From Eledone cirrhosa (taxonomy: Eukaryota): DNA of 64,000 bases. The stretch covers positions 3,348,001-3,412,000 of the forward strand of contig OZ024757.1 of the NCBI GenBank assembly GCA_964016885.1, read 5' to 3'. Of the stretch, positions 41,360 to 53,448 are shown in pieces (position 1 is the first letter of the stretch; each line of letters opens with the position of its first letter). The notes under the pieces are model-generated. The model was not told the origin of the DNA, ran no database searches, and saw only the letters and a program-made list of their open reading frames with translations. The position numbers and the translations under genes were made by a program.

Positions 41360-43244
41360 CTACAGATGTTTGGTATGTATGTGGAGTTGGAGTCGGAGTT
41401 TTCACCAGAAAGCTCAGCATAGATGACTGTTTTGTTTGCTTTTTTTTCTCATCATAAATTTAACGATAGCAACGTAGTCCATCTTCCAAATGTCTTTGAA
41501 ATTTTGCCAAGCGTTCAATGTTAGGATCCATTGCCTCCAATCCTGACATCGCCTTACACATATACGTGAATACTTCCGCCAAGCCCTTAACAGTGAACTT
41601 TTTCTGTTCTTCATCTGGTTGTTCTGCTGCTTCTTCCAACTCTTCTCTATGTCGCTGCTCTTCCAACTCTATTAAATCTTCGTCAGTCAACTCTCCTTCA
41701 ACAAAATTCACTAAATTTTCCACATCTTGCGCATTCTCTTCCAACCGCAACTTTTGAGCAAGACCAACAATTTTATTACTTATCACTTCAAAATCAGAAT
41801 TTTTATCAAAACCTTCAAAATTATTAACAAACTTTTTCAAGTACTTTTTCCATACACCTTTCATACATTTTACACTCAGGTCCCGCCAAGCTCCGTCGAT
41901 GTTCTTGGTGCAGTTGACAATATTAAAATCTTTCCAAAATTCACGAAGATCCATTACGTCATCCTCCGTTGCTGTTACTACCTGCACAAAAGTAGTTCGT
42001 AAATAATTGTTTCTACTTTTTGGCACAAGGCCAGCAATTACCCAGTGCATTACTGGTACTTTATTTTATCGACCCCGTAAGGATGAAAGGCAAAGTTAAC
42101 CTCGGCGGGATTTGAACTCAGAATGGCAAAGACCGTAACTCTATGCGTCAAAGCATGGCGTCCGACCCTCTACCGATACTGCCAATCCATCGCCCGTAGT
42201 TCGTAAATAATACGCATTGAAAGTAGATATCACCCCCTGGTCCATTGGTTGAAGAATTGACGTCGTATTTTTGAGCAGATACACTACTTTAACATTAGGA
42301 TGCAGGTCATCAATATGTTGGGCGCGGCCTGGGGCATTATCGGGGAGAAGTAGAATTTTGAAGGGAATGTTGTTTTCAAGGCAGTATTCCCTGGCTGAAG
42401 GTATAAAGTAGTTGATGAACCAGTTCTCGAACAAAGATTGCGTCATCCATACCTTGTTGTTTGCCCGATAAAACACTGGCAGCGTTTGTTCACGTTTATG
42501 CACGTGGGGTTTGGGAGCGATAAATAACAAATGGTTTCAACTTATGCCCCGCAACATTTCCGCCTAAAATCACTCGATCCTTGAATACCTTGAAGCCGGG
42601 CATACTTTTAGCCTCTTTGTGAAGATACGTTCTTTCAGGCATTTTTTTTCCAAAAGTGGCCAGTTTCGTCGACACTGAACATTTATTCCGGGCAATAGTC
42701 TCCTTCCTCAATAATCTTGTATAAAACATCGAGGAATGTTTTTGCTGCTTCCGTATCAGCACTTGCTGCTTCACCAGTAATGCGACGGTTGTGCAAATTA
42801 AATCGACGACGAAATTGCTGGAACCAACCGTGGCTTGCCGCAAACGTTTCAGTACACTCGTCTCCCTCACGTGACTTGAGTTTCTCGAAGATGCTGCGCG
42901 CCTTGCTTTGAATAATATGAAGACTCATTGGCATTCGTTTGGCTATTTGGTCATCAAACCACATGGTCAACAATTTCTCCATTTCATGTATCAGGCCTTT
43001 TCGCTGTCTTGTTATCAAAGCATTGTATCCCGTTGTGTTCTTGACCGTCTCCTTCACTCGATCTTTGTCCTCGAGGATGGTAGATATAGTAGAACTTGCT
43101 AAGTTCATTCTAGCAGCAATTGCGTTCACTTTAACCTCCTTCTTCTTATTGTTTGATGATCTTCAGCTTTGTTTCTATATCAATGGATTTCCTTGACTTC
43201 TTGTGATAAGGTCCTGGTGTAGTACTGGGTATTGTTGCTGACAT
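41360..43244 (-). pseudogene. Tigger1/TIGD1-like transposase pseudogene (CENP-B-type HTH domains plus DD32D)
   Basis: Consecutive ORF pieces: MSATIPS..RKSIDIETKLKIIKQ, FAASHGWFQQFRRRFNL, VDETG, LLLPDNAPG, SILQPMDQGVI (32 residues between D2 and D3). Contains premature stops, frameshifts and a SINE insertion. The 3' end coordinate is approximate. Confidence 0.93.
42008..42195 (-). mobile_element. tRNA-derived SINE inserted into the transposase, with a 16-bp TSD
   Basis: TSD GTAGTTCGTAAATAAT at 41992-42007 and 42196-42211. A-box-like TGGCAGTATCGG and B-box GAGTTCAAATCC on the minus strand. Central domain GCCTTTCATCCTTACGGGGTCGATAAAATAAAGTACCAG. Confidence 0.95.
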
Positions 43245-43796
43245 CTTGAGGGATATAACGGTATCGAAACGAAAACATACTTGGTAACTTCTTGTGTTCA
43301 GTGAATACACTCGAATGACGCTGCGAAAGGAGATGAGCTGGAGGCTGCTCAGCACTGCCGGTTGCCTCAGCCCAACTTATCGTACACAACTGCGTTCACT
43401 TTCACTCACAACTGTGCTGTCACTCTTCTCTGCGGGATATTGTCGTTGAACGAATATATTATTGACGAGTCAACGAATCGTAATTTCGAGAGATTTTTGT
43501 TAAACTAATGTATGTAATTCGTGAAGTTGTTCGTAACTCCGAGAGATCGTTAAACGAGTAGATTGTTAAATGAGGAGTACCTGTATATATACTGTATATA
43601 TACACAATGATATTAAATAAATGGAAACTATATTTATAAAACCATATTTATTTTATTATATATATTTCAAGGGTAACCAAGACAACATTGGTACACTTTC
43701 ATAAAAATCATACCTAATCGGTTGGAAATTCAGTGAATTTCCAACCGATAAGGTATGATTTTCATGGGTATGTCTCTATTTATAAAACAAACTTTG

Positions 43797-43850
43797 TATT
43801 TTATCTGATGAAAGCGTACCAATGTTGTCTTGGTACCCTTGAAATATATA
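43797..43850 (+). ncRNA. Type-I hammerhead ribozyme motif, interrupted (3' strand of stem I displaced to 45235-45242)
   Basis: TATTTTAT-CTGATGA-AAGCGTACCAA(tgttgtc)TTGGTACCCTT-GAAA-(TA)n...TA-ATAAAATA. The uninterrupted 3' half is seen in the inverted left arm. Confidence 0.65.
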
Positions 43851-43855
43851 TATAT

Positions 43856-44300
43856 ATGAATGTATATATAGTATATTTTGCAATACACTGTATGCTTAAT
43901 AAAAAGCATTTTGAAGACCTTATGCTATTGTTTTAGAGTAGTGACAGACTCACTTACTTTAATTTCAGCAAACAGGGGGAGATAAAGCTGACAAGGCCTT
44001 GTTTCTGCATTTATTGATGCTTATCAAAGCCAACTACTCCTCCCGTTTGCTGAGAACCTGGATGTTTTGGTTCTTATAGAATTCTAGTAAATAATCAGGA
44101 ACTGATTATTTACTAGAATTCTATAAGAACCAAAGCATCAATAAATGCAGAAACAAGGCCTTGTCAGCTTTATCTCCCCCTCTTTGCTGGAATTAAAGTA
44201 AGTGAGTCTGTCACTACTCTAAAACAATAGCATAAGGTCTTCAAAATGCTTTTTATTAAGCATACAGGGTATTGCAAAATACACTATATATACATTCATA
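43856..44300. mobile_element. Fold-back element B (~445-bp quasi-palindrome)
   Basis: Arms of ~165 bp (43856-44022 / 44133-44300), a perfect 33-bp inner stem at 44066-44134 with a 3-nt loop, and a ~43-nt unpaired segment. Sits in (TA)n. Confidence 0.85.
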
Positions 44301-44327
44301 TATATATAGCTATTTCAGAGCAACAAT

Positions 44328-45228
44328 TCTAATATATATATATATATATATATAAAACTGAGGATGTCTGTCTGTGTGTGTGTGAGTTCGAATCCCTAAA
44401 TCTCGAGAACCACCAAACTGACTGTTTTCAAACTTTACACATATAATACTTATGGTCCTGTGAGTGTTCTGAGGAAAGATAATTTCAAATTTTCCATGCC
44501 CTAGGGACCACATTAGGCGATTTAGCGATCTCGCACTATAATCCTTAGTCTTTCTCTTTTTAGATAGATACATACATATAACGCCGTGCCCTTGTAATAT
44601 CTGTCTGTATGTCTGAGTGTCTGCATTACGTCACTTCCCTGAGGATGTCTGTGTGTGTGTGTGTGTGTGTCTGTGAGTTTTAATCCCTAAAACCCGAGAA
44701 GTACCCAACCGATTTTTTTCAAACTTTACATGTGTATTACTTATGTTTCCCGGGGTGTTATGCACATGAAAAAATTCAATTTTTTTATCTTCTAGGGCTC
44801 GCATTAAGTGAAAAACTGCGTTTTTTCAGGTTTTTAGGGTTTTTTTGAGGCGTTACGTCAGACCGATTTCCTTGAAATTGTAACTATGTATTAGTCAGTC
44901 TCTTCTTCATACCGTAAGCAAAGAAAATTAAACTTTCTTATGGCCTAGGGCTCGCATTAGGTGAAAAACTTTCTTTTTTCAGCTTCTTAAAGGCATATAT
45001 GTGCAGATAAAAAAATTCATTTTCTTGATCCCCCAGGGCCCGCATTAGGTGAAAACCTGCATTTTTCCTGTTTTATCGAGGAAAATCTTAAAGAGTATCC
45101 AGCAATCAAAGTATTCGGTTTATTTTATTTACATATTGTCCAGGCATGCAGTTTTTCCAGGATTAGGTATGTTGGCGGCCCGGGTTACAAAATAACTTAT
45201 CCCGTGCAACGCCGGGTACCACTGCTTG
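44328..45228 (+). mobile_element. Non-autonomous Helitron-like element 1
   Basis: 5' TC(TA)n-AAAACTGAGGATGTCTGTCTGTG. 3' hairpin CCCGTGCAACGCCGGG followed by CTTG|T (degenerate CTAG). The 5' segment is duplicated internally (~44357 and ~44639), with short repeats TAGGGCTCGCATTA. Confidence 0.7.
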
Positions 45229-45374
45229 TATATAATAAAATAAATATGGTTTTATAAATATAGTTTCCATTTATTTAATATCAATGAATATTTACTCCAG
45301 ACCAGTTGAGTGCTCTAAATCAGTTATAAACATTTATGTTTGTCGGACTTCCAACAAATTAAATACCACTTCTA

Positions 45375-45421
<47 letters not shown>

Positions 45422-45444
45422 TTGTGTGTGTGTGTGTGTGTACA

Positions 45445-45961
45445 TCTATATGTATCTCTACATATAAAAGCGAGGATGTGTGTGTGTGTCTGTGGACAAC
45501 TTCTGACAGCTAAGGCTTTTAGAATTCCCAACCGAATTTGACCAAATTTTCTGTGCCCGTTGCACTTGTCGCTAAGATGGTCACTTCACAAACATTTTTC
45601 AAATCGACCCACGTTGAGCAGTATAAAAATCGATAGCAAAATTATTTTTTCTAAAGTGCATGATGTAAGGTAGAAATCAATCAAACGAAATCCTTATGGG
45701 ACTTTCCATTCAAACTGTTGGGACCTACAACTTTTAAGCTGTAGCTTGCACAATTTTTTGTCACTCGCGTCAAAATTGTAGGTGTTTATTCTCTGCACTG
45801 CAAGGCTCTTAAGCGAGCATCGATTTTCTTCTAAGTCACATGCCTGTGTCATCAAACCTATAAAAACTAAATCCTTATGGGATTTTCCATTCAATTTACT
45901 TCCTAGCTGTACATTCTTAGCATAATTTCAAACCCCGGGCAAAACCGGGTAAATCTTCTAG
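45445..45961 (+). mobile_element. Non-autonomous Helitron-like element 2
   Basis: A|TC 5' end and a 3' hairpin CCCGGGCAAAACCGGG followed by CTAG|T. No TSD. Confidence 0.75.
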
Positions 45962-45997
<36 letters not shown>

Positions 45998-46124
45998 GAT
46001 GTGTGTATGTGTGTGTATACATCTTCGTCTCACACACTCTCCCTGTTTTCCCATCAAAAGTGATGGATTAAACCAACTGTAGGTCACTGATCTTTCTATA
46101 TCACAGAATCATTAACGTACACTC

Positions 46125-46146
46125 CTGCATATACATATATACACAG

Positions 46147-46193
<47 letters not shown>

Positions 46194-46252
46194 CACACAC
46201 AGACACACACACACATATATATACATACATATATACACACATATATACACAG

Positions 46253-46319
<67 letters not shown>

Positions 46320-46441
46320 TATATATATATATACACATAAACACACACACAGACACACACATATATACACACACATATATATATACATACATATATACAC
46401 ACATATATATATACATACATACACACGTACATATATATATA

Positions 46442-46486
<45 letters not shown>

Positions 46487-46490
46487 CATC

Positions 46491-46545
<55 letters not shown>
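46125..46545. repeat. Compound (TA)n/(CA)n microsatellite
   Basis: Read directly. Similar tracts occur at ~37530-37630, 51360-52000, 54130-54200, 54545-54640, 54940-55240, 55770-56060, 56290-56570, 59140-59340 and 61025-61120. Confidence 0.95.
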
Positions 46546-46546
<1 letters not shown>

Positions 46547-46898
46547 GATGTTGCAGATGTGCAACGAAAGAACTTTGATAAACTATATATATGTGTTTGT
46601 GTCTATATTGTATCTGTATTATTTTTGACGGTCGGTCAGTCAATGGCAACATTGAGGACCGAATAAATTAGATTACCGATATAAAAGACAGAAGCGAGAA
46701 GCGAAAACCAACCAAACAGTGAGTGTGTTCTGTTATTAATTCTGGCAATATTACACAAATATGACCCTCCCGAAGTATAACAATATATATATATATATAT
46801 AAATATAAATTATCGAGAATTGCATTTCGGCCTACGAAATAACGAAAAACAACCTCCGAGATGTGTGGCAAGTGCTCAATGATTCATATATATATATA

Positions 46899-46982
<84 letters not shown>

Positions 46983-47092
46983 TAGGTATATTAACTGACG
47001 AACGAAGCGGCACTAACATCAACCTACTACGGGAAACTCCGAGTACCTCGTAAAATATGGCCAGCAACTGCTACCAAGAATTGAACTCTTTA

Positions 47093-47170
<78 letters not shown>

Positions 47171-47572
47171 TCTTTCTCCCCCTCTCTCATTCTCCCCTCC
47201 CCCCTCTCTTAAGATATTTGATTGATGCATTTTGAAATTGATTTTAAATAAACGTGCTGCATGAAAGCTACCATTGTCTCAGCTGGAGCACTGGGTCTGA
47301 TAAACAACGGATCACACAAATTATTCGATCACATAGCAGCTGATCTTTTTATAAAAGAAAATCGTAGTCACTAGTGATGCCCATATTTGGAGAAGTACAT
47401 TGTCTGTAACTCTGGGAAAGTAAGCCATGTTTTACCTTGAATGTGAGATACCCATGGGCCAGGGATCGAACTACTCCGGAACTCATGTCTACTGGGAATA
47501 GCTGAAATATTGAGAAAGGTTCTGGACTCCCAGCAGTTGTGAAATGGCAAGGAATGATACGAAGATGTTGGA

Positions 47573-47915
47573 GTTACCCTAGGGTTCCTAGTTGTAGCCT
47601 GGTGTTCCCTTAAATAACCGACCCAAAGTTAGTTACCCTAGTGTCACTAGTTGTAGCCTGGTGTTCCCTAAAATAACTGACCCAAAGTTAGTTACCCTAG
47701 GGTCACTAGTTGTAGCCTGGTGTTCCCTTAAATAACTGACCCAAAGTTAGAGTTACCCTAGGGTACCTGGTTGTAGCCTGGTGTTCCCTTAAATAACTCA
47801 CCCAAAGTTAATTACCCTAGGGTCACTAGCTGTAGTCTGGTGTTCCCTAAAATAACTGACCCAAAGTTAGAGTTACTCTAGGGCACGGGTTGTAGCCCGG
47901 TGTTCCCTTAAATCA
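47573..47915. repeat. ~59-61-bp minisatellite, about 5.7 copies
   Basis: Unit GTTACCCTAGGGTCACTAGTTGTAGCCTGGTGTTCCCTTAAATAACTGACCCAAAGTTA. Confidence 0.95.
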
Positions 47916-47962
47916 AAGTTGGTCATGATAAATAGGCAAATAATGCTAATAATAATAACAAT

Positions 47963-48146
47963 TTGGGGGAGGGGAAAGTCGATTAACCGACCCCAGTGCG
48001 TGACTGGTATTTTATTTTATCGACCCCGTAAGGGTGAAAGGCAAAGGTAACCTCGGCGGGATTTTGAACTCAGAACGTAAAGAGTCATAACTCTGTGCTG
48101 AAATTCATATTGTCCGACTCTCTAGCGATACTACCAATCCACCGCC
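47963..48146 (-). mobile_element. tRNA-derived SINE (different subfamily and 3' tail) inserted in (TAA)n
   Basis: Has the B-box and the same central domain as the SINE at 42008, with TAA repeats on both sides. Confidence 0.9.
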
Positions 48147-48181
<35 letters not shown>

Positions 48182-48217
48182 CCTATCCCGGGAGATGTAA
48201 ACATTATAGGTGACCAC

Positions 48218-48855
48218 CTCTAACTATGCCTCGTGCTATATATATATATATAGTATAGGGGCTCTAATCTCGTCTGGTACTATATACACATAGTATAGAT
48301 CTCTAACTGCCCCTGGTACTATATATACATACGATAGAGCCTCTAACCCTGCCTGGTACTATGGTCATATAGTATAGGGGTTCTAAACTCGTCTGTTACT
48401 ACTATGTTACACATAGTAGAGATGTTCTAACTCCGCCTGGTACTATATACACATAGTATAGCAGCTCTAACTCCTCCTGGTACTATATATACATAGTATA
48501 GCAGCTCTAACTCCGCCTGGTACTATATATACATAATATAATAGCTCTAACTCCGCATGGTACTATATATACATAGTATAGAAGCTCTAACTCCGCCTGG
48601 TACTATATATACATAGTATAGATGCTATAATCCCGCCTGGTTCTATATATACATAGTATAGAAGCTCTAACTCCGCCCGGTACTATATATACATAGTATA
48701 GATGCTATAATCCCGTCTGGTTCTATATATAAATAGTATCGATGCTATAATCCCGCCTGGTACTATATATACATAGTATAGATGCTATAATCCCGTCTGG
48801 TTCTATATATAAATAGTATCGATGCTATAATCCCGCCTGGTACTATATATACATC
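48218..48855. repeat. ~40-bp minisatellite, about 16 copies
   Basis: Unit CTCTAACTCCGCCTGGTACTATATATACATAGTATAGAAG. Confidence 0.95.
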
Positions 48856-49242
48856 CAATTCTATGAAAGCTGAAGATGAAACTGATTGAAATTTAAAGTA
48901 AACATTTTAAAATATAATTTCCTCCGTCGAGATGAGATTAACAACAGATGAAAACATTTCTTAACCTCATTAACAATTCATTAGAGATAATTAAACAGGA
49001 ATTAACAATAATTAAGATTAACAATTAGTGGTAATTTAAACCTGAAAAACATTGCAGTTAGAAAACGGAATTAATGTGTTTTTTAGATAAAAGAATTGGA
49101 TATGCAGCCTTGGCAACGACCAACAAGTGAGAAACAGGTTCTCGGTTGCTTCCCCTGGGTTTTTGCTGAGACAAAGGATGTGTGACTGTGGTGATAACAT
49201 TAAATAGATTCATAGTGGAAGGCTGTCAAATGTTTTTTATAC

Positions 49243-49541
49243 GTACATACATACAACACGCGCATACTTACATACATACCATACATATATACACACATGC
49301 ATACCATACATACATACCGTACATACCATACATACATATATACATACCATACATACATACCGTACATACCATACATACATATATACATACCATACATACA
49401 TACCGTACATACCATACATACCGTACATACATACTATACGTACATACCATACATACCGTACATACATACTATACATACATACCATACATACCGTACATAC
49501 CATACATATATACACACATACATACCATACATACATACCAT
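49243..49541. repeat. (CATA)n/(CATAC)n compound microsatellite
   Basis: Read directly. Confidence 0.95.
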
Positions 49542-49996
49542 GGTGGCTGCCAACTCGTTTTCGAGTACGGCCACTACTTTATATCCATGTAGGAGAACTC
49601 CTACCGATGCGCTGAACGAGTGTGACTTTTTAGTCCAGCCAGCGACTTGAAAACTCTGGTACAAACACTACACTTGTGACAATTATTGACACATAGCGCT
49701 GGGCCCATGGTACCATGTGATGACAAGTGCAGAGAGATCTCCAGATATAAAGCAATGCCTGTGCCGTGAAGCTTTTATAGTGAGCAAAGGCACTGCACAA
49801 AGCCAGTCCCACTCTCTTAACCAAGATGATATTTACCAAAAAGAAGAACAAGTCAACATCATTGGATACCATCAGGGTTACAGGTGTTATATCAGAGTTT
49901 TCCTTCTTCTAGAATTCTGCCTTGACAAAGGCTAAGGGGTCATCTCTCCTGGTGATTTTGGATGGCCATACATACCATAGATACATACATGCATAC

Positions 49997-51167
49997 ATAT
50001 TCTATCGGAGGTATCTTACTTGATATTCTATCGGAGGTATCTTACTGACCTCTACCAACAAGTTCTTAAGGGAGATACACTTATACCAGAATGGTTGACA
50101 TTAGCACAAACATTACTGGTCCCCAAGAATAAAGACACCCACTTGGCAAAAAACTACCGACCCATTGCATGCCAGAACTTGATGTATAAGATGTATACAG
50201 CCTGCCTGAACCTATTCCTCCAAGATCACAGTGAAAATAATAACATCATCACAGCAGCTGGAAAGAAAAGGGTTTGGGGATGTGCTGAACAACTCCTAAT
50301 CAACAAAACTGCGATGTCGTAGGTGCGACAACTTAGGAGGAATATGACTACAGTCTGACTGGACTACAGGAAAGCTTTCAATTCTGTTCCCCACTCTTGG
50401 ATGATAGAGGCCTTCCAACTTGCTAAAGTCCCAGACATTATTGTTAGAGCCATAGAGAGGCTGTCATGGATACATACATACATGAGACACGATGGGATAG
50501 CTAGAACCATCTGGAACGCACTTCGGAAAACAAAATTAACAACAAACGAGGAAGAATATATTGAGACAGATGGCACTAAGGAATACTGGTGGAACCTGAA
50601 AATAAAAACTGCCACCAAATTAAAGCACAACCGGCCTGATATTGTTGTTTGGGACCACACATTGTAAATGTGTTCTGTTGTGGAGATCAGCTGCCCGCTT
50701 GAGGTAAACGTTGTCAGAAAAATACAGGAGAAGGAGGACACCTATGGACCATTGATGAGGAGTTTACAAATCCAGTATCCAAGATGCATCTTTAGCTTCT
50801 TACCCATCATTATTGGAGCTACGGGTTACATACCAACCGGCTTGGACCAATGTATAACTGAACTTGGATTTGCGGACAAAGAGCGCAGCTCCCTATTTCA
50901 TAGTCTACAAATGGCTGCGATAGCTGGCACCTTCAAAATTTGCAAAACATTTTTGCGATTCAAGGGATGACAATTTCTTTTCATTTACAACTTTGCCACC
51001 AGGAAGGTGGCCGGTCAAAAATATACTCGAAATTAAGAGAAAGAGATACATGCATATATGAATGCCTACAAATATATATAAATACATACATACATTATGA
51101 ATACATATATATATGTGAATAACGCTATGCTGGAGCACCAATACTAATTAAAAACAACAACAACAAA
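49997..51167 (+). mobile_element. R4/Dong-like non-LTR retrotransposon remnant (RT N-terminal part plus restriction-like endonuclease), internally deleted
   Basis: RT motifs PEWLT..TLLVPK..NYRPIAC..YK and DYRKAFNSVPHSW are joined to RLE motifs RHDGIA..W, HNRPDIVVWD..VEISCP..KEDTY. In-frame stops are present, the ORF ends at 50970, and there is an (AAC)n tail at ~51150-51167. Confidence 0.85.
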
Positions 51168-51362
51168 TATATATATAAAATAAAAACAAGAGAACAACAA
51201 GCATAAATCCAATAAGTTAATTTAACAATAATTATAATTATCAGTTGATGTATGGAAGTGTCTGCTGGGGAGATCTTATTTCTTTGTCGTCTGTTTTGAA
51301 AATATACAAACTTATTTTTTTATCCTTTCTTGAAACAGTTTCTATGTCACAATATCGAAAAG

Positions 51363-51422
<60 letters not shown>

Positions 51423-51569
51423 TATAGATAGATAGATAGGTATACATACATTTATATATATATAAATATATATATATATACATAAATATATATGGATATA
51501 CATATATACATACATACATACATATATGTATATACATACATGCATTTATGTATATATATATATATTTAT

Positions 51570-51604
<35 letters not shown>

Positions 51605-51865
51605 CAAACATATATTATATATATATATATATATATTTATTCATACATACATATATTACATATATATCTATACAGACATGTATGTGTATGTATATATATA
51701 TATATATTTATATATGTGCGTATATGTATGTGTGTATGTATGTGTGTATGTATATGTGTATGTGTGTGTATGTATTATGTATATATGTATGTGTGTATGT
51801 ATGTGTGTATGTATGTGTGTATGTATGTATGTGTGTATGTATGTATGTATGTATGTGTGTATGTA

Positions 51866-51896
<31 letters not shown>

Positions 51897-52783
51897 ATGT
51901 ATGTATGTATTTCAGTCTAGATATCTACAATGTGTATATAGTTAATGTATACACATATATATATGTGTGTGTGTATGTGTGCGTGTGCGTGCATGTATGA
52001 TATATATTTATAATATATATATACATTATATATATTATATTCTGTGTATATATTATATATACTCTATATACAGTATGTACTGTGTGTATACTGTATATAC
52101 TGTGTCTATGCTGTGTATATACTGTATATTATGTGTGTATATTGTATATACTGCATGTTCTGCGTATACTGTGTATAAATGCAAATCTTTCGAAATAATG
52201 TAAACATTTAGACGCCATTTTGTTTATGTGTAACCCGATCGAGGGAACGTTTCATGTTTTTCACAAGACACACCTCAAACAGACGCGGTCATGTTGAATC
52301 TGAGTTAAGTATTGTCGGTCCCTCGGTATAGTTTGTAACTATTTCAGGTCACATAGCGTTCACACCAACTACTCATACAAAATGGTGAAATTTGTAAATA
52401 TTTGTTTTAAATTTGTTTTTCACTGCACGATTCAATATTCCTGATTTGTGGATGTCTGTGTACGTGCACGATATATATATATACTATCTCTCTCTGTGTG
52501 TCTGTGTGTGTGTGTGTTTGTGTATGTGTGTTTATACATATATATGTATAAATTCATATATATAAGTATGTATGTAGATATATACGTATGTATGAATTTA
52601 TATATACGTACTTATATATATATATATATATATATATTAAAGATTTAAACAAGATTCAATGATTACATCAAAGAATGAGTTTTACAGTAGATTGGAAGCA
52701 CTCTACAGAAAAAAATATTTTTCCAGAGTTATTAATATTAAAATACAAATATTAATAAAATAGATGTTCTTTTGATCAATTAA

Positions 52784-52836
52784 ATTTTATTATACATATT
52801 TCAGAGGTACAACAGTACGTCCTCATCAGACAAAAT
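52784..52836 (-). ncRNA. Minimal type-I hammerhead ribozyme motif (minus-strand copy)
   Basis: Reverse complement of 54031-54083. Confidence 0.75.
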
Positions 52837-53413
52837 ATAATGATTCATGACATACCCTGAGATGTTAAAAGGTTTATTATATAAGATTAAAATCGTTATC
52901 ATTTGCCAAAAGTATACTGTATCACTAACACTTAGTATATCTCTCTATACCTAATTTTTAGATAACTTTAAAATTTTTAAATTATTTATTTTGAACTGTG
53001 AATAATTTATGCCTTTACACTCTTTTACATATATGTATCTATTTAACTTTAGCATGTTTGAATCTATTATTTTATATTCGTTATCATTTACCTAAAGTAT
53101 ACTGGCTCATTAATATTTAGTATATCTCTCTATACCTAATTTTTATTTTTGCAAATAAGTGTATCTGTATAATAACATAATCTTATTATTAGTTACGTAT
53201 ATCTCAGCTTTTGTTTTTTTTTGCATATATATATATAGTGTATAATAACATAATTACCGTTTTGGTTTAACGCTATATATAGTTTGTACAAATATATAGT
53301 TTGTGCAAATGTAGATATTTGTACAATAGCATATTTATTATTCCTATCATGAAAGTCGAACTTATATAGAAATTTAATATAATATAACAAATATTAATTT
53401 ATTACCATAATTC

Positions 53414-53448
<35 letters not shown>

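Larger units (their letters stand above)
40761..43583 (-). mobile_element. Full-length Tigger/pogo DNA transposon (Tc1-mariner superfamily)
   Basis: TIRs CAGGTACTCCTCGTTTAAC ... GTTAAATGAGGAGTACCTG, flanked by TA on both sides, with an internal transposase on the minus strand. Confidence 0.95.
43607..45285. mobile_element. Fold-back element A carrying a hammerhead motif, with its right arm split by later insertions
   Basis: 43609-43702 is the reverse complement of 43808-43850 joined to 45230-45283. There is an inner hairpin at 43701-43765. Confidence 0.75.

Noticed and set aside
46995-47050. CTGACGA...GAAACTCCGAGTA hammerhead candidate
   Set aside because: Both core boxes and a stem III-like CTC/GAG are present, but stems I and II do not pair convincingly. 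At most it is a decayed remnant.
49542-49580. HDV-like ribozyme upstream of the R4-like element
   Set aside because: Only a simple hairpin (GTGGCTG...ACTCG-tttt-CGAGT...CGGCCAC) is visible, and the nested double pseudoknot could not be built.
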